Positions 57,024 to 64,000 of a DNA stretch of 64,000 bases are shown piece by piece. Within the stretch, counting starts at the first letter, position 1. Each line of letters opens with the position of its first letter. The notes below the pieces were generated by a model, which was not told the origin of the DNA, searched no databases, and worked only from the letters and a program-made list of their open reading frames with translations. The stretch is from the human T2T-CHM13v2.0 reference genome, Homo sapiens. The stretch lies in the NCBI RefSeq assembly GCF_009914755.1, contig NC_060941.1; one strand, given 5' to 3'. Position numbers and translations under genes: made by a program.

Positions 57024-57214
57024 AACTGTACTATTTTGATAAAATGTATACATGTGCTCCTTATTATGCATTTTGTGGTTTTCATCAGTATTTTGCTTTT
57101 TGAAAAATGTCAAGTGTTCTGATCTCTTTGGACATTTTGTATGAACCCTATTTCCCTTGCTATCCTTATTGATTGAGAATTGTGCATATTGATTTGGGTA
57201 ATAATAACTAGCAC

Positions 57215-58125
57215 TTGGTGTTTTTCTGAGCTTGGATGTGTAGATTCATGTCTTTCATCAAACTCGGGTAGTTTTCAGTCATTGTTTCTTCAGGTATTTT
57301 TGCTGCCCCTCTCCTCTCCTTGTGGGACTCTTGTTATGTTAATACACATGTTGGTACTCTTGGTGGTACCCTATGAGTCTCTTAGGTTTTGCACTCATTT
57401 CAGCTCTTGAGTCTTCTTGTTATGTTAATACACATGTTGGTGCGCTTGATGGTGCCCTATGAGTTTCTTAGGTTCTGCCCTCATTTCAGCTCTTGAGTCC
57501 TCTTGTTATGTTAATACACATGTTGGTAAGCTTGATGGTGCCCTATGAGTCTCTTAGGTTCTGTGCTCATTTCAGCTGTTGAGTCCTCTTGTTGTGTTAA
57601 TATACATGTTGGTAAGCTTGATGGTGCCCTATGAGTCTCTTAGGTTCTGCGCTCATTTCAGCTGTTGAGTCCTCAGTTCCAGAATTTCTCTTTAGTTTCT
57701 CTTTTAATAATTTCTTTTTGAGACAGGGTCTTGCTCTGTCGCCCAGGCTGGAGTGCAGTGGTGGTATCACGGCTTACTGCAGCCTCAACCTCCCAGGCCC
57801 AAGCAGCTCTCCCGCCTCAGCCTCCTGAGTAGCTGAGACCACAGGCCTGCTGCACTGGAAAAAAAAAATTGTAGAAACAGGATCTCACTTTATTGTCCAG
57901 ACTGCTTTCAAATTCTTGGACTCAAGTGATCTTCCTGCCTTGGCCTGCCTTGGGATTATAGGAGTGAGCTGCTGTGCCCAGCCTGTTTTTATAATTTCTG
58001 TCTCTTTATCAACATTCCATGTTAGTTTAAATGTTGTTCTTTTGGTCTCCTTTAGTTCTTTGTCCACAGTTTTCTTGAGATCTGTGAGCATATTTAAAGC
58101 TGTTGATTTAAAGTCTTTGTCTAAG
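57215..58125 (-). mobile_element. Old L1M ORF1-region fragment with an inserted - Alu (57714-57985)
   Basis: ttggatgtgtagattcatgtctttcatcaaa; minus strand reads DKDFKSTALNMLTDLKKTVDKELKE (ORF1 coiled-coil-like). Confidence 0.65.
57329..57672 (+). repeat. 86-bp tandem repeat, 4 copies
   Basis: tcttgtt(a/g)tgttaata recurs at 57329, 57415, 57501 and 57587. Confidence 0.95.
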
Positions 58126-60439
58126 ACTGAGCACAGTGGCTCACACTTGCTTCCCAGCACTTAACCTTTGCTTTAAAGCCTAAAAAGGAAGAAATCTTTG
58201 CATATGTGTTTCCCAAATAACAGATTTGAGGGCTGTGTTGGTGACATAGGTCTGTTTATACCCACTGTGTGGCTAAAGCAGGTCTCTGTTAAATTAGCAT
58301 CTACAAAGCTTTTCTCCTGCCTTCCCTCAAACTTAGGAAGCTCCCTATGCAATCTTCAGGCTGGGGTCCTTCACTGCCCCCTCTCAAGGAGGCCTACCCC
58401 TTCCCCCAGAAGGTGCAGTCTGTCACCCCATGTCTTATAAAGTGTAATGGTCTGGTGTCCCAAAGCCACAGAGAAGCCCATTCTAACCTTCCTGCAACTT
58501 TCTGAAGGTTGGAGAGCATGTTTGTTTTACTGCTAGGAGGCTCAAGGTCCCTGTGAACCTGCATCAGGTAGTAAGCCCTGCATGTCGGAAATACAGACTG
58601 CCTAACTCTTATCTAAGGTGATGTTTTGAGAAAATTTTAAAATGTATAATACATTTTATAAATTTCGAAAAAATTTTAATAAACATTAAATTTTTATAAG
58701 TTTATATAAATGTTATAAATTTTGAAAAATGTACAGAGTTGCATTGGAGCACACGCTCTCAGTGTTCATCGAAGACGTACAAGCAGCGTCTTACGACGAT
58801 GTTGCTGCAGCTGCCTTGGGGTCTTGTTAAAAGCACCATTCAGTAGATTAATTCCCACCTGTGGACTGTGTTTTCTGGCTTCCAAAAGAAACTGTCATGT
58901 TTTTCTCTCTGGATGACGAAAACTCTGCACGTACTTCCTATGACAAGTGTGATTGGCGCCCACTGCTCTTGGCAGTTGAGGTGAGGACACAGCGTTTCTG
59001 TGACGGTGAAGGGGACAGGGTTTGGAGGGAGATTCAGACATTAAACAAGGAAACGAAGGGAGCAATTTCAGAGAATGGATAAAGTCGTTAAGAAAATACA
59101 AAAGGGCGGTGAGATCCTCAGTGATGGGGCCAACCAGTGACTTGAATAAGACTTGGGGAAGACCTCCTGGGGCGACATTTACGCTGAGAGCTTCTACCGT
59201 GAAGGAGCCGAGCAGGATGGACTCCTGACCGCAGCATCTCAAAGAGGAACGAAGGCTCGCACGAGCTGGGACAGCAGAAAGAGCAGAAGAGTGGGCACAG
59301 AAAAGCGCCTGGGGGCCAGATCCTAGAGGGGCTTCAGGAACACAGTGAGGGGTTTGGAAATTATTCAACATAAAGTCGGATACTGGGGAATACACGGGAG
59401 TGCAGTGGAAAGGAAGAGCGAGGGAGAGTGAGGCCATTCGGGAGCCACCACAGTGTTCGGAGTGAGACCAGAGCTGTGAAGAAAGAGAAAAGGAAATACG
59501 CTGCATGTAGGATTCTGAACTCAACGACTTTGCTGTTCTATTCAGTGAAAGAGAGTGAGATAGTAAGGTCAGTGAGTGACATGTTGGAGCCTTCCACATA
59601 GTAATGGTCTACAAAGTTATGGATTGATGAGTTCACACAGGAGGGAGTGAGAGATGAGGAAGGTGAATGGGTGGAAAAGCTTGAACCGGGTTCCCAGGCT
59701 CACTGGCATGGGGAGGTGGAGAAAAGGGGAGGAAGCAGCCGACATGGAAACCCGCAGAGGCTCCTTCAGAAGGGATATTTTATAGGAGAGGAGTCCGATT
59801 CTGAGAGGGGGAAGGGGTGGAGGACCAGAGTTTCCTCACAGGCTCTGGAGCACTGAGGTGGATGGTAAATTCCAGGAGAGCAGCTCCAGCTGAGGTCTAG
59901 GGACAGGGCATTCCCTCCCTGGTAGAGCCGTTGGGGCTCAGTGCCGAGGCTGGCTCAGGCTCTTGTGGGGGGCCCTGCTGTCTGTCCAGCCCTGGCTGTG
60001 GCCTAGCCTGACCCTGCTGCCCCCTGCAGGCCTGTGTACCTCAGTTCCCAGGTGATCAAGGGGCCCTGGGAGAGGTTGGGTCTGAGCACGTCCTGACATG
60101 GCCCCAGTGTCCAGTTCCCCGCCTGTTTTTGTTGGCTTGTTTAATCTTGGTAGGCTTTTAAGCTTTCAGGTTTTCAGGAAAATGCAAAGCATGAGACATC
60201 TTTGACTTTGTACGTGGACCGATTGTTCTTTTTTTGTGTTAATGGTGTTTTTTTCCTTGTGTGAACGTGTGTGTTTCGTGTTGCACTCCGCCCTGCTCTC
60301 CCTCCCTCCCTCCCTGTAGAACGTGGCATTTTGGCTGAACGTTAACACTGGTGGGGGCAGACGGCAGTGGGCCCCCGTTAAGACTGTTTAGAAAGGGCGT
60401 TGTCGGCATCTTCTCTTACATGTGAATTCAAGGATCCTT

Positions 60440-61610
<1,171 letters not shown>

Positions 61611-62581
61611 GCTTATCACTTTTTGTATGTAAAAATTACGAGTGTTTAGTTCTTAAGTCGGATCATGCATAAATGCAGAAACGTAGTTAAAAAATAAGTC
61701 TCTTTTTTTTTTCTTTTTGCTATAAAGCTCTAGGAATCGATTTTGCTTTTAGAGATAGACACAAAGGGCTTATCCTGGTTGCAATGGGTGAGCTATTGCA
61801 GATGACCTTTGGAGGAATTGTGTCGGAGTGTAGAATTTTCACAGTGTAGCTCGCCATGCATCAGGCACATGTAGCCTGTGCCACAACCATTGTGCTTGGG
61901 CGGGGTTCTCCATGCTGCCCTGTTGCAGGAGGATGCTCTGCCCCTGCTTCTCCCTATTTGTCATTTAAGATGATTCCTGGTGCTTTTTGGTGAGCGATCA
62001 AATGGTGTTCTCAGAATCTTTGGGCCCTTGACAACGGAGGGCTGTATTCTTGGGGGTGTGATGTGAGAGCTCCTTGTCTGCAGGGTGTGAGGCTTTGGGT
62101 CCTGAGTGTGGACCGTGGCATGTGATGTCTTGTCACGGCTCCCTGCACGGCTGTTTAGTTTCTGAAAGCTGGAAGTATAATATTTTTGTTCTTTGCCAAA
62201 ACATACTGGTGTATATAAACAGAAGTGCCCAGGTGAGCGACTCAGCACTGCGCCTGTGTTTATGGTTCTGCGTCTGACCGTGTGCCTTTTAGGCTGGTGT
62301 AGTGGTTGTCTGAGGTGGGTGCCTGACAGGGCTGGGGGACCTGCTGGTGTCCTTGCTGCTGCTTTAGGGACAGCTTGAAGCAGTGTCCTCAGATACCCCT
62401 TGGAATTGTGACAAACTCTGTATCCCTCTTACAAGTTTTATAGAACTCTAACCAGTTGCAAATAACTATTTGCCATCCTGAGTATTGTCATTTTAAAATA
62501 AAACTATTGCGTCACTCATCTGAATAAATCTGGGAAATTGAGGTAGAATAATCTACCATTCTTCGTTAAAAAATTTACAGG

Positions 62582-63860
<1,279 letters not shown>

Positions 63861-64000
63861 TAAGAAGTCTTATTCATTCAAGTCTTATTCAAGTAGCTAG
63901 GAATGGCAGAAATTTTGCTTTAGCAATGCTGGTGTTTCAACTTTTTCCAAGCTCACGCCTGACCTCTGTGCTCTGTCACTGAGCAGCTTCAGTAGGGTGG

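Noticed and set aside
58895-59599. 234 aa minus-strand ORF in a purine-skewed block
   Set aside because: No recognisable domain; the block looks like a decayed L2-type relic, too weak to call as a feature.

Overview
Primate (almost certainly human) genomic DNA: an intron-rich interior segment of TBCD (tubulin-folding cofactor D) on the + strand. Eleven GT-AG coding exons (630-51681, 1083 nt in total, phases compatible) splice into one open frame from [14 protein letters not shown] to [10 protein letters not shown]; by my recollection these are exons 3-13. The introns are packed with Alus, an SVA fragment, a young L1 3' end, a solo LTR13, MLT/MER LTRs, hAT and Tigger DNA-transposon relics, and many GC-rich minisatellites. 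Almost all ORFs in the supplied track are Alu or VNTR artefacts. I found no new protein-coding system. The most notable structures are: (1) a 54-bp minisatellite built from the coding sequence of an NDUFB8 processed pseudogene; (2) a 90-bp tandem duplication that copies the 3' two-thirds of exon 13 plus its splice donor, creating a competing poison donor; (3) a near-invariant 40-bp VNTR built from the inside of a MER5A1 element; (4) one target site used twice (Alu and SVA, triplicated TSD); (5) a roughly 70-bp miniature L1 3' transduction. Repeat-family names come from recalled consensus sequences, not from a search.
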